A stretch of 52,755 bases of DNA. Origin: Trichomonas gallinae. Lineage: Eukaryota. The position numbers and the translations under genes were made by a program. The notes below the pieces were generated by a model, which had not been told where the DNA came from, did no database searches, and was given only the letters and a program-made list of their open reading frames with translations. Location: positions 1 to 52,755 of the forward strand of contig MRSU01003035.1 of NCBI GenBank assembly GCA_008369845.1. The letters run 5' to 3'. This document shows positions 39,518 through 50,160 of the stretch, piece by piece (position 1 is the first letter of the stretch; every line of letters starts with the position of its first letter).

Positions 39518-40567
39518 TTATTTATCCATATCAAACTGTTCCATCTCTGCGATATCAATTTGATATGTTTCGAGAGGATCGATTGGTGGTTTTCTAGCAC
39601 TCATCTTACAAAGAGCTTTTTCAGCGATAGCTGTAACGTGTGATAAGTATAGAAGTTGTACACGTATTTCTGACTTAAGATCTACTGATTCTTGATCATC
39701 AACGCCCATCTTTTCTAATCTATCTTCAAGGACTTTATACTCTTTATTAAGTGAGTCATAAACTTGATCTAAATTATCAACAGTTGTCTTAGAAGACTCT
39801 ACTTTAAGAATATTCAATAATGCACTAAAAGGTAATGATTCAATGTTGTCGGTTGCCTCATTATAGGCCTTTTGGAATCTCTTAAATGCTTGTGCATATT
39901 CCTCATGTGATTGAGCTGCCATTTCGAATTCATTTGATTTTTGTAAATATGTTTGGAGTAACTGAACAAATTGTTGAGAAATTTCGTCTTTTTCGGATGT
40001 CAGTCTTTGTAATTTGCTGTTTTCTTGTTGAATGAGCTGATCGAAATTCACAGATAAAATTCCTAAAGGCTTTGGTAATACGCCATTTTTGAGTGCTTGG
40101 ATTGCCTGTATTTGCTCTGTTAGATGATTTATCTCTAATGACTGGCCAAAACTTGATGAATTTTGCGTTGGAGTTTGAAAATCGTTTTTCTTCTTGAGAA
40201 ATTGTGCAGCTGTTGGAGAAAGTAATGCGAGATTTCTTAATTTAGATCTCTCTTGCTCTTCATGTAGTAATTGTTGAGCTTTTTGGATTCTAAGGGCAAG
40301 CTGTTCATTGGCTCTTTGTAAATTGCTTAAATGTTGTCTTGCTTTTTGATATCTAGTATTCGCTCTGTAATTTTCTTCGATAATTTGAGGATTGCTAACA
40401 TATAAATGATCATTTTGAGGAATATCAAATCTTTGAAGTGGTTTAATTGACTGTAATTCAGTATTTCTTGCATTAACTTGTTGCAACGCGTTAGTCAAAA
40501 GTTCCAGTTTCTTTTCTAGAGATGAAATTGACTTTTGTTTAATGGCTATTGATATTTCTTCTTCCAT
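39518..40567 (-). CDS. Coiled-coil hypothetical protein, 349 aa
   Basis: Q/E/L-rich heptads. Confidence 0.75.
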   Translation of the reverse strand: MEEEISIAIKQKSISSLEKKLELLTNALQQVNARNTELQSIKPLQRFDIPQNDHLYVSNPQIIEENYRANTRYQKARQHLSNLQRANEQLALRIQKAQQLLHEEQERSKLRNLALLSPTAAQFLKKKNDFQTPTQNSSSFGQSLEINHLTEQIQAIQALKNGVLPKPLGILSVNFDQLIQQENSKLQRLTSEKDEISQQFVQLLQTYLQKSNEFEMAAQSHEEYAQAFKRFQKAYNEATDNIESLPFSALLNILKVESSKTTVDNLDQVYDSLNKEYKVLEDRLEKMGVDDQESVDLKSEIRVQLLYLSHVTAIAEKALCKMSARKPPIDPLETYQIDIAEMEQFDMDK

Positions 40568-40739
40568 CTAATATAACAGGGGCTGGCAATAAATAAAAGG
40601 GGATAAAGCAAAAATATTTATTATTGCAAAATATCCTTAACTTTTGCAGCCGACTATTAATTAATAAAATTTACATGTCATTAAATAGTTCATATGACTT
40701 ATAGTCAGCTGTGAATGTTATATTTCATAAACTATATCT

Positions 40740-42014
40740 TTATTTGAAAGTATTGTACATACTAACACAAATAATTGTTAGTCCAAATAAGGCAACAAAG
40801 CATGCGAAAATCATCAGGAATCCATGTGGCTTGGCAATTCTCAAGTAGTATATTGCTGGTAACGTGTAAGCAATAATTGGGCATAAAACGCCACCAATTA
40901 TATTAAATATGGATCCAATCTGCTTCACAGTAATAGCTATGATTGCTCCACAAAACAAAAGCAAGAATCCAATTAAATTCCATCTCAATGTTGTAAATTC
41001 GGTCTTGAAAAATGTGTCATTGACTGATAATCTGCATGCAAATAATATCAATGGGATGCATAACACTGTTAGCATTGCGTATAACAATTCAGTAATATAT
41101 GTGAAAATTTGGCCTTTTGGATAATAAGATATTGCAACTGGGTCCAAAATCTTATCGAATAACGTGAAATAGCCAAGCAATCCTGGAATGGAATAAATTA
41201 AATAAGCACAAACGGTAACGCAGGCCATAACTGTTATCTTTCGCTTATTCGTGCCATTTTTGAGCTTTGTGAGAGCTGGGAAGATGTTTGGATGGCATGT
41301 ATATGATGTTGCTTGAATTCCAATTGCAGATAAGAAAATTTTGCCGAAGTCAAAGTATTTGAGTTCCTTTTGTGGATCAAAACCGTTTTCTTTAACAGAT
41401 TTGGCGAAATAAAACAGCGTGTGAAGTAAATAAATAAAAACGAGAACCATTGAACCCGCTGAAACGAAAGAGAGCTTCTGCATTGTTTTCAAGCACATTA
41501 GTGGGAATTCTATGCAAATATTAGGGACTAAAACTAAGAACCATCTGTTGAAACACCATTCTGGAACACCTTTGAAGTTTTTAAGGAATGCTGATGTCAA
41601 TGACATGGAATACTGCATGTATATTGTGCCAACACCGAATAAAACGATAATTAAAATGATATTTACTACAGGAACGAATTTATTATTGATTGCAACAGTC
41701 ATCAACTGTGAGTAGTCGTTAATTCCTGTAATACTCGCTGATTTGATAAGATATGTGAATGTGATAAACGAAATTGATGCAAGAAAGAATGTCAAGATTA
41801 AATTCAAGAAAACTCCGGCACGAAAACAATATGGAACTGATAGAATACCTATGCCAGTAATAGTGATGACAAGAATCGTAACAGCTTGAAACATTGAGAT
41901 TTGGTTATCACTTTCATTTGCATTTTCTCCATTTCTTTTCTCACCACTCGAAATATTGACAGCTAAAGAGTCGTTGGATAAGAGTTGATCATGATCCAAC
42001 TCAGTCATTGACAT
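40740..42014 (-). CDS. Amino acid transporter (AAAP/Aa_trans, SLC38-like)
   Basis: GIGILSVPY, SYTCHPNI, GYFTLF, YTLPAIYY motifs; about 11 hydrophobic segments. Confidence 0.92.
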   Translation of the reverse strand: MSMTELDHDQLLSNDSLAVNISSGEKRNGENANESDNQISMFQAVTILVITITGIGILSVPYCFRAGVFLNLILTFFLASISFITFTYLIKSASITGINDYSQLMTVAINNKFVPVVNIILIIVLFGVGTIYMQYSMSLTSAFLKNFKGVPEWCFNRWFLVLVPNICIEFPLMCLKTMQKLSFVSAGSMVLVFIYLLHTLFYFAKSVKENGFDPQKELKYFDFGKIFLSAIGIQATSYTCHPNIFPALTKLKNGTNKRKITVMACVTVCAYLIYSIPGLLGYFTLFDKILDPVAISYYPKGQIFTYITELLYAMLTVLCIPLILFACRLSVNDTFFKTEFTTLRWNLIGFLLLFCGAIIAITVKQIGSIFNIIGGVLCPIIAYTLPAIYYLRIAKPHGFLMIFACFVALFGLTIICVSMYNTFK

Positions 42015-42159
42015 GTAAAATTATCGTATGGAACTAATTTGACGATAAGAAAAATCGGCTGAGAAGATTTTTGACTTTTTGTCAATTTGTCGAAAATGAG
42101 AACTTTATTTGGCAAAAAAATAGAATCATTTGACACTTATTGAATCAACAAATAGTCTT

Positions 42160-42700
42160 TGATTATAAATTATGCTTGTATTTTTAAAATTAACGGTTTT
42201 TAGCTGTAATGCGAAAGTGTGAAAAGTATGGGACATATATTTCAGCTTTAAGCTGCCAGTCCACTACTAATAGAATATTATGTCAATAACTCCAAATTAT
42301 TTGGCAAAAATAGAATTATTTGACATGTACAGAACTATCAATTAGTATATGCTTACATTTTGCTTGGACTCAAAGATTAACATACTCTAGATGTAGTATG
42401 AATATGAGCATAGTATAAGACTTTAATTTCAACTGTGTGCTGCCGGTCTTCTTCTTCATCAATTAATTGTCAAAAAATCCAGATTTTACTTGTCAAAAAA
42501 ACAGTTGATAAGATTGAGTGAAATCTATGCTAAAATTTAGCGTATGTTTTTAAAATTAGCACCCTATAGTTGTAATGCTCATGTGTGCAAGGCATGGGAC
42601 TTCAATTTTAATTTTTCGTTACTAGTCAACTTCTAAAACAAGCATTTGTCAAAAATTTTAATAATTGTCAAAATAATAGGTTTATTTGTCAAAAATTTTG
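42160..42700. repeat. Three diverged tandem copies of a ~180-nt unit
   Basis: Gapless alignable cores at 42201, 42388 and 42567 (tagNtgtaRt...atRRgac...gYtRcYRgtc), each followed by TGTCA/TGGCAAAA motifs. Confidence 0.7.
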
Positions 42701-42715
42701 TTTAACGTATAAATC

Positions 42716-44239
42716 ATGGAACCAAGTCAAATACATGGGCAAGAGATTCCTTATAATTATAATAGGATAAAAATTAAGCAGACACCAGCACATCTATCGA
42801 ATTTGCAAGGAGTTTCGTCGATTTTAGAAAAATATCGTTGGCAAACAGCTGGTTCTGTGAAACCAATAGAAACTGGTCTACCATTGATATCAGAATCCAC
42901 TCTTTCACACGATTTTGCAAATGCAAAAGAAATAGAAGAACAAATTAAATTAGCTGATGAAAGAATTACGGAAGATTTACTTAATCCTGACAGAAACAAT
43001 GATTTTATCCGAGATAAAAACGCAGATCTTAACCTAAATGAACAAACACAAGAATATCAATCAGAATTTAAAAAATTATATAATACAATCAACCAAAGAA
43101 AACTTGCACGTCAAAATAGACCGCAAACTGGCATATCAAAGAAGGTTGATCTAAATGGAAACTTAATTGATTGCATGGGAAAATTACAATTAAAATCTGT
43201 CCAAGGAACTGAAGAAATCGATGACGACAACCCTTTCCCAATTATTCCACGCAGGCAGCAGACCATTGGTATCCCTAAGCGTTCTGAGTCCCAAATCGTT
43301 AAAGTTAATATGAAAAAAGTTTTTCGTCCGAATTCGCGTCCGTTCACAGAAATAGATAATGAGCATGATTTCTCTATGACTATCTTTAAAGTTGACAAGT
43401 TCAAACCTTCATTTTCTCGTCAGCAGCTCGAATTGCAGCAGAAACCGCAAAAACACGAATCATTGTTGATCGATTTAAGCAGCCAAGATATGTTTTGGAC
43501 TAAAGAAAAGGTTCCATTCACTCGAGAAGAAGTCGGCATGCTCAAGAAATTCCGCGAACAATGCAAGAATAAAACACTCGAAGCAAATAAAAGAAGAAAG
43601 GAGGTTATGAACGAGCGCCAAAAAGCGATCTCTAAGACTTTCCAGTCGCGAAAGGCTTTCGAGAAGGAGGTAGAAATAACAGAGCAGGTCTGCCGGAGGA
43701 CAATGACGCTGCCGCCGGGCAAAGGCGAAGAACACTTCTTGAGTTGGTCCGAAGCAGCAAAAGAGGCGAAGTCAGATCCAAGCTCTTTACCATATAGAAA
43801 GAAAGCCTGGGAGAAACTTGGCGTTTTGATTAAAGAAATTGGTGGATTGAAGCCAGGAAACTCTGAATACTTGATACAAACGTTCAGAAGACTGCTTTTG
43901 TCAGGTGAACCAATTTCATCATCGACGTTATTCGATACTTTACTTGTTCTCGATCGTGGTGAGTTTGCTGATACAGAAACAGCAATGACAATCGAAGCTT
44001 TAAGGGAAGCTTGCGGTGTTTCATCAGATGAATTAATTAAATGGATGGAATCCAGGAACTGTCCAACAGAAATCATGGTGGAGATTCCAGAGCACATACA
44101 ACGCCAGAAGAGACTGAAAGCAATCAGAGATAAGAAACGTGCTGAAAAGGAACGATATGAAAGAATCAAAAAATGCGATTTCGTTATTCCAGATATGTCA
44201 AAAGGCTTTCAAGCACTCAATGACGCGGATAAGGACTAA
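42716..44239 (+). CDS. Hypothetical charged protein, 507 aa
   Basis: Long ORF; no family recognised. Confidence 0.8.
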   Translation: MEPSQIHGQEIPYNYNRIKIKQTPAHLSNLQGVSSILEKYRWQTAGSVKPIETGLPLISESTLSHDFANAKEIEEQIKLADERITEDLLNPDRNNDFIRDKNADLNLNEQTQEYQSEFKKLYNTINQRKLARQNRPQTGISKKVDLNGNLIDCMGKLQLKSVQGTEEIDDDNPFPIIPRRQQTIGIPKRSESQIVKVNMKKVFRPNSRPFTEIDNEHDFSMTIFKVDKFKPSFSRQQLELQQKPQKHESLLIDLSSQDMFWTKEKVPFTREEVGMLKKFREQCKNKTLEANKRRKEVMNERQKAISKTFQSRKAFEKEVEITEQVCRRTMTLPPGKGEEHFLSWSEAAKEAKSDPSSLPYRKKAWEKLGVLIKEIGGLKPGNSEYLIQTFRRLLLSGEPISSSTLFDTLLVLDRGEFADTETAMTIEALREACGVSSDELIKWMESRNCPTEIMVEIPEHIQRQKRLKAIRDKKRAEKERYERIKKCDFVIPDMSKGFQALNDADKD

Positions 44240-44624
44240 TTCAACATTTATATCTTTTTTGTTTGTAAATATACTATGTTATTGTTAATATATTTAATTC
44301 ATATTATAGTTTTGTGTCTGAAAGCATCATTTCTATGCTTTTTCGTTCTTCAAATCGAAGAAATTAAAATTTCAAAAATAATTTAATTGTTTTAACTTAT
44401 TTTTCAAGTGCAAAATAGCATAAAAGTCGATATAATAAAAACTCTTTCAGACTTTTTGAAGAATTATGGAATATAAAATCAAATATCAAGAATTATATAA
44501 AATCAAGATTTAGAATCTTCAAAACTTGTGGACACCATTATTTCTATTTGATCTGAAGTATATAAAAAGAGATTTTCATTATAAATTTAATTTTAAAATA
44601 ATTTTAACAAAAAAAAATAGAAAA

Positions 44625-45656
44625 TTAGAGCTCATTATTATTATAATGGCTAACTGGGAGCCAAGCTGCGCCACCAGTATAAATTGTTTCCAACATTGGA
44701 CCAACATCACTCATACTATCAATTTTAATTATCATATCTGTAATAGGGTTGTAGACCCAGAAGTTACTTGACTTAAGGAACTTCCATGGTAATTCTTTAT
44801 GTCCCTGGAACCATATATAATTCATACTTGAATATTTATCACGCAATCTGTTCCATCCGAGCTCATCTGAGTCCTTTGTGTATATAATGCATTTGTGTAC
44901 GCCGCCAAGGCAATGCTTTGAAAATTCAGTTGAAGGAAGAATAATATCAGGAATTTCACCTGGAACACGTAAAGTTTTATCTATAAATGCATTCAAATCG
45001 CGCTGTATTTGACGGAATTCGATTTTTCCAACATATGTGTAATTATATGTTGAATTCATGAATCTAATCTCTGGCGGCTTTGTAACATTGAATTTCTTCA
45101 TCAAATCAGGACTACGTGTAATTCCGATTCTTACTTTGCGATTTCCATTAAATGAATTTGATAATCCAACCCAGAGGTTTGGTGTGACTTCTTTTTCTGT
45201 AAATAGGACTGCATATGACTTATAAGTTTGTTGGAGCCATGATTCAGTGAATTCTTGAGTATAATCATATAAATATTCTGCGCAAAAGTTAATTATGTCA
45301 GATGGCTCACCATCACCCACGTATTCTGTTTTTCCTTCCTCATGGAAGACCCAAAATGATGGAACTGATTTGACAACAAACTTCCTTGCTGTTAATGGAC
45401 TCCTTTTAGTATAAACGATGCCAAATCTGAATATTCCTTCAGCTAAGTTCGATGCTTTGATAAATTTGGGGAATGCTTCGTCAGAAAACTTGTTTCCTTC
45501 TGTATGAAGCATAACAATCCAAATTTCTTTTTTATTCTTACGATTTTCGACGAATTTTGTGAAATAACTATCTGTAAGTGTTTTAGCGTATCCAACCTTC
45601 AGTTTCTTTTTATTCTGCTCTTCACAGGAACAAAGCAAAAAGAATAAAGAAAGCAT
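44625..45656 (-). CDS. ER-luminal thioredoxin-fold (PDI-like) protein lacking CxxC
   Basis: Signal peptide MLSLFFLLCSC; WIVMLHTEGNKFS at the WxVxFYAPWCGHC position; ARKFVVKSVPSFWVF; C-terminal NNEL. Confidence 0.75.
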   Translation of the reverse strand: MLSLFFLLCSCEEQNKKKLKVGYAKTLTDSYFTKFVENRKNKKEIWIVMLHTEGNKFSDEAFPKFIKASNLAEGIFRFGIVYTKRSPLTARKFVVKSVPSFWVFHEEGKTEYVGDGEPSDIINFCAEYLYDYTQEFTESWLQQTYKSYAVLFTEKEVTPNLWVGLSNSFNGNRKVRIGITRSPDLMKKFNVTKPPEIRFMNSTYNYTYVGKIEFRQIQRDLNAFIDKTLRVPGEIPDIILPSTEFSKHCLGGVHKCIIYTKDSDELGWNRLRDKYSSMNYIWFQGHKELPWKFLKSSNFWVYNPITDMIIKIDSMSDVGPMLETIYTGGAAWLPVSHYNNNEL

Positions 45657-46116
45657 GCGACTAACTAATTCTTTTTTCTCACTTTTTCAAAATTTTGTCA
45701 ATGTAAACTAATAATTTTGACAGATGTAAATATTATTTGGCAAAATTTAAAACAGATTCATTATGATTTTCCAATTACATAACCTTTTGTTGGATACATT
45801 GATATCACAAAATGTATGTAATAATGAATACGAAAGTTATTATAAAGTCATATTGACGAAAGCATTGCATACTTTTCAAATTACGTTTATTAGTCTAAAA
45901 ATAGTACTTTCTTTCTCATGTAGAAGCTCATTTATTGATGAAGAAGAATAAATATGTCAAATAAAGTGAATATTTGACATGTAAAGTGAAAAACTTCAAA
46001 GTGATTTTTCTCATTATACAAAGGTTTTTTGGACAAAATAATTTGACCAAAATGATTCTATTGACATAAAGAATGCAATTCTAAGAGGATTCGAGTTTAA
46101 TTCTATCGAAAATTTG

Positions 46117-46124
46117 TCACTTTT
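46117..46124 (+). promoter_or_regulatory. Inr element
   Basis: TCACTTTT 11 nt before ATG 46136. Confidence 0.6.
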
Positions 46125-46135
46125 CTATAAAAATC

Positions 46136-47251
46136 ATGTTAGCGCCACAAAGTAATATACATAAGATATTGAAATCAGCCAGTTTTAGGATTATCCTCCC
46201 CGCCTACACGCAAATACAGCCAAAAGATATTTCTACAATAAAAACAAGAAACTGGCTCGTTCCTGGAGAAAAAACCATTATTTTCATCGAAGTGAAGAAT
46301 TGTATTGGCTCCATGGACTCTTTCTCATTCTATTGCTCAATTGTAGATATCCAAAAAACACCACAGCCTCAAGAGCCCCCGAATTATGTTAATGTTGGCG
46401 GATTAATTCCAAACTACACCGTTCCAAACATTCAATCATTCAAAACACCAGAAGGCATCTTATACTTCCCGATCAGATTGTCTGTTCCGTTGAATTGCGC
46501 ATCAAATATTTCACTTGATGCTTATTGCCTCCGCGAAACAGACCCAGTCTCGAAATTGAGATGCTTTGCCTTCTTCCCATTCAAGATTTACAGATCACTT
46601 AACTTCACACCTCAATCAATGGTTGTATCGATTAATGTAAACGTTACATTCCCAACACAATGGACTGATTCTGTATCCATTGTATCAGCATCCCTTAAAT
46701 TCAACGAAAAAATTGTCTCAGAAACAGATTTCTCGCAGAAAATTGCGATTATCTCGACATCTGACACTGCATACCAAATTTACGATGGCGATGTTGTTTC
46801 TTGCGTCTTTGCTCTTAAGCCATTGAATGATTTAGGCGGCTGCGCGATGTCTAACTTGCCATTAGTTTTTAATCTCGCTTGGAGAGCTGATGGCTCAGAC
46901 TATGTATCAACATTCCCATTCCAGGCAGGCACACAGCTTTCTGACCTTGTTATTACGGCTCCATCTGTTAAAGCTGAATTACTCAAAAATTCGAGAATGC
47001 CAATTACCATATCAAGCGTTGGAGCTACGCTCCCACGCTCAATCACGCTTAATTTCGGCTCAGGAAATATTCAGCCGATGACACGTTCAATTAAGCTCGA
47101 TTTTACTGCTGATTCATCGGTTAAAATCATTGATTATAACTTTATTCCACTTGTCAGTGGACACCATGAGCTTGATATTAGTGCGGATTGCGATGGGAAA
47201 ACATTACGTCCATTATTCCCAATATTTGTCGAAGTATCTAAACATGAATGA
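46136..47251 (+). CDS. Beta-sandwich-rich hypothetical protein, 371 aa; possibly a TRAPP-II accessory subunit (TRAPPC14/Trs65-like)
   Basis: ORF is solid; the family guess rests only on RNWLVPGEKTIIFIEV and FIPLVSGHHEL. Confidence 0.6.
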   Translation: MLAPQSNIHKILKSASFRIILPAYTQIQPKDISTIKTRNWLVPGEKTIIFIEVKNCIGSMDSFSFYCSIVDIQKTPQPQEPPNYVNVGGLIPNYTVPNIQSFKTPEGILYFPIRLSVPLNCASNISLDAYCLRETDPVSKLRCFAFFPFKIYRSLNFTPQSMVVSINVNVTFPTQWTDSVSIVSASLKFNEKIVSETDFSQKIAIISTSDTAYQIYDGDVVSCVFALKPLNDLGGCAMSNLPLVFNLAWRADGSDYVSTFPFQAGTQLSDLVITAPSVKAELLKNSRMPITISSVGATLPRSITLNFGSGNIQPMTRSIKLDFTADSSVKIIDYNFIPLVSGHHELDISADCDGKTLRPLFPIFVEVSKHE

Positions 47252-47774
47252 ACATTATCTATTTAATAACTGAAAAATATTTAGCTATTTTCATTTTTAG
47301 ATTAATTTCGAATATTTTTCGCGAATTTATTTATATGTTCAGCCTATTGTAAGTTTAAACCTGCCTATTTTCGTCAAAATATTTAAAAACAAACGGTAAT
47401 TAGTGAATATGAATGAATTTGAAATTTTGAAGAAATCAAATCTTCAACGATAGTTATAATTATGCCGTGAAATTTATTAAGAATGTCTTGTAGTCGTTGT
47501 TAATGCGTAGTTTTTCGATAAATTTCTTGCAAAATTGATGGGATTTTGAAAAATTAAAGAGTTCAAACCGACATATCACGATTTTCGGTGCCTGATGATG
47601 GCCCTGAATTGTTTTGTATTCATTTTTAATCATTATTCGATTTCGATACAATTTATTGATCAGAAATTTTTCGAAAACGAAAGATGGGAGTCAAATCTAT
47701 AGTTGTTTTCGCTGTGTGCTGCTTAATGGTTAAAAAATTTTGCTGATTTCTAAAGAAAAAAAACAACAAATAGT

Positions 47775-49301
47775 TTATAATCTAATAAATGGTGATAAAA
47801 TCGTAAACCTATAGTTCAAGTCTGGTGAATCTTTCCAATATCCCTCATCTTCTCCGGAGGATGTGAAGATTGATAAAGCGTCAAGTTTATCGTTGAAAGA
47901 GATTGTAGAAGCATATTGTCTGTTCAGGTCAACGCCCAAACATGCCTTGGCCTGCTTGTGTCTAATATCAAATGCGCGAATCTTACCGTCTGAATAACCC
48001 GCAACAATGTAATTTGGACTGGATGTGATTGTGGTGGGCTGTGGACCACCAGCGTAGAACGTTGCCACCGATCTTGGCTCGCGAACGTCCCATATCTTTA
48101 TACTATTATCAAATGAGCATGTACAGAATATATTTTCTGATATGCTACTAAACTCTGTGATCTGTGATCTGTGTCCTATGAATGGTCTGATTTCTTTTCC
48201 TGATTGATCGAAAAGACTGCACGTTGTGCTTCTTATCTGGCTGCACACAATCTTTTCTCCCTGAACGCACAAATTTGAGATACCAGTATAAGCCACAGAG
48301 AGTTGGACTGGGTAAACTTGCAGTGTATCGTTTGTGAAAAAGATAGAATTATGTTCTTTTGAGACAAATGCAACGAAGCCATGGCCCGTTGCTATGTGTG
48401 TGTCTTGAAATGACTGAACGGGCAGCTGTGTGAGCAGCTGCTGTGAGTTTTCAAGAGAAAATCTGATTATTGTTGTTCCCGACACCATCCAAGCAGCATC
48501 GCCCTTCTTACCAATCGTTATGGAGTTTATCTTGTTAGGATATGGCAACTGTATGACTTTCCATTCGGTGGAAAATTCTGGGTGTATTGTATAACTTAGG
48601 TTATTCATCTCATTTATCATGCTAACGTAAGCTCCGTAACCATTTGTGATACAATTAGCTTCGTGAGGCGGGAGAAGGGTCGACCGGAAATCTCGAGTTT
48701 TCCAGATGGAGGTATCTATCTGAATGTCATTTTTGTTCAATAAATCATTAATAGCAAATGGCAGAATCCTGGGTGGCGGTGCCGGAAACTCTATATAATT
48801 GGCGGATTTAAGAGATGAAAAAGTTGCGGTGCTTGGGTCGCTGAAACAGATTCTATTATAGTCCGCAACAATTTCCTGCATTCTAGGACTTGTATATGCA
48901 ACCCATGCGGCCTCGTCTTCGAGACTTCTGAGAGCATTTGTATGTGAGTTAGTTTGTATAGGCAATTCCGTAGTTCCTATTGATGAGCCCGATGTTCCCT
49001 CCGACTGGCTGTCGTTCGTTCCGCTGGACTTTTTAACTTCGGGTTCAGTACCAGAGTCAATTAAATCTTTGCTGTCATTAGCCACTAGTTTTTTGTTATT
49101 ATTAAACCATAATCTAACCGTACGGTTGGTCCAGTGATTTGAATATTTGGAAAGTTCTTCAGCTACTTCAGCCGCTATGCGACTTCTGTCTGGAGATCTT
49201 TCCGGATACGAGAAATAAAGCTTCAAGTTCGGCGTAAGAATACTCTGTTCTTGCGGGGAAGGGTGGTAGCGTCTTATATCATCTGTAGGTTGTCGATCCA
49301 T
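47775..49301 (-). CDS. Homeodomain-like plus WD40-repeat protein, 508 aa
   Basis: N-terminal PSPQEQSIL...WTNRTVRLWFNNNKK; C-terminal FIGHRSQIT...TCSFDNSIKIWDVR and AGYSDGKIRAFDIR. Confidence 0.82.
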   Translation of the reverse strand: MDRQPTDDIRRYHPSPQEQSILTPNLKLYFSYPERSPDRSRIAAEVAEELSKYSNHWTNRTVRLWFNNNKKLVANDSKDLIDSGTEPEVKKSSGTNDSQSEGTSGSSIGTTELPIQTNSHTNALRSLEDEAAWVAYTSPRMQEIVADYNRICFSDPSTATFSSLKSANYIEFPAPPPRILPFAINDLLNKNDIQIDTSIWKTRDFRSTLLPPHEANCITNGYGAYVSMINEMNNLSYTIHPEFSTEWKVIQLPYPNKINSITIGKKGDAAWMVSGTTIIRFSLENSQQLLTQLPVQSFQDTHIATGHGFVAFVSKEHNSIFFTNDTLQVYPVQLSVAYTGISNLCVQGEKIVCSQIRSTTCSLFDQSGKEIRPFIGHRSQITEFSSISENIFCTCSFDNSIKIWDVREPRSVATFYAGGPQPTTITSSPNYIVAGYSDGKIRAFDIRHKQAKACLGVDLNRQYASTISFNDKLDALSIFTSSGEDEGYWKDSPDLNYRFTILSPFIRL

Positions 49302-50160
49302 TATCTCTAAATTTTAAAACAAAGAAAACTTTACAGAAAAAAAAAACCTGAATTAACTAATAAAACCGTCATATCGTCCTGGTTCAGAAATATTTGATTG
49401 AGCTGCCTCAAATCTTATAAAAAAATCAGTAAAGGGTTCTCAATTTTAGCAGTTATATTTAAGACACAACTTAAAACTGATAAATTTTACTCGCTTCCTT
49501 TGGATGATTCCAATCCTAAATCTATCACTTTTTTAAATTGAGAAGGAGAAATTGAATGCATTGAAAAACCGAATTATTATTTGCTAAAATTGATGAATTC
49601 GATATATACACATATAGGGGATGCTAAAAACATTACTGATTAAAATCCAATTGAATTTTTCTAAATGTTTTATGCGCAAATTTACCCAATATCTAATACA
49701 ATAACCTTTTATGTAGGAAAACTCGAAAATTTCATTTAACAATCAGTAAAAATTTTCCCTCAGAAATTGTTTTCATTTCAATTATATTGTTTTCTAATAT
49801 ACCCTTATTTCACCTTGTAATGCATAATGTTGCAATATTAGCAGTTTTGTAATTTAATTTTATAAATTATTAAAATGCTATATTCATTGAGTTAATTGAT
49901 ATTATGCAAAATTATTTTTACAATTCAATTTTTGCTAATTTTTATATTTGAAAACAATGTTAACCCTTCAACAGGTAATAAATTCATTTGAGATTGAGAA
50001 TACTTTTCATAATTTTTGATCTTTACTAATTTGTCGATTTTTCAGTACCTCACTGTCTACTAAATCTTGGAACACACGTTTTGGGTTAAAATCTTAGACG
50101 GTAAATTTTTGAATACTTGTAAAATAATTTTCTAAATTTTCAAAGATTTAATTGTGAACT

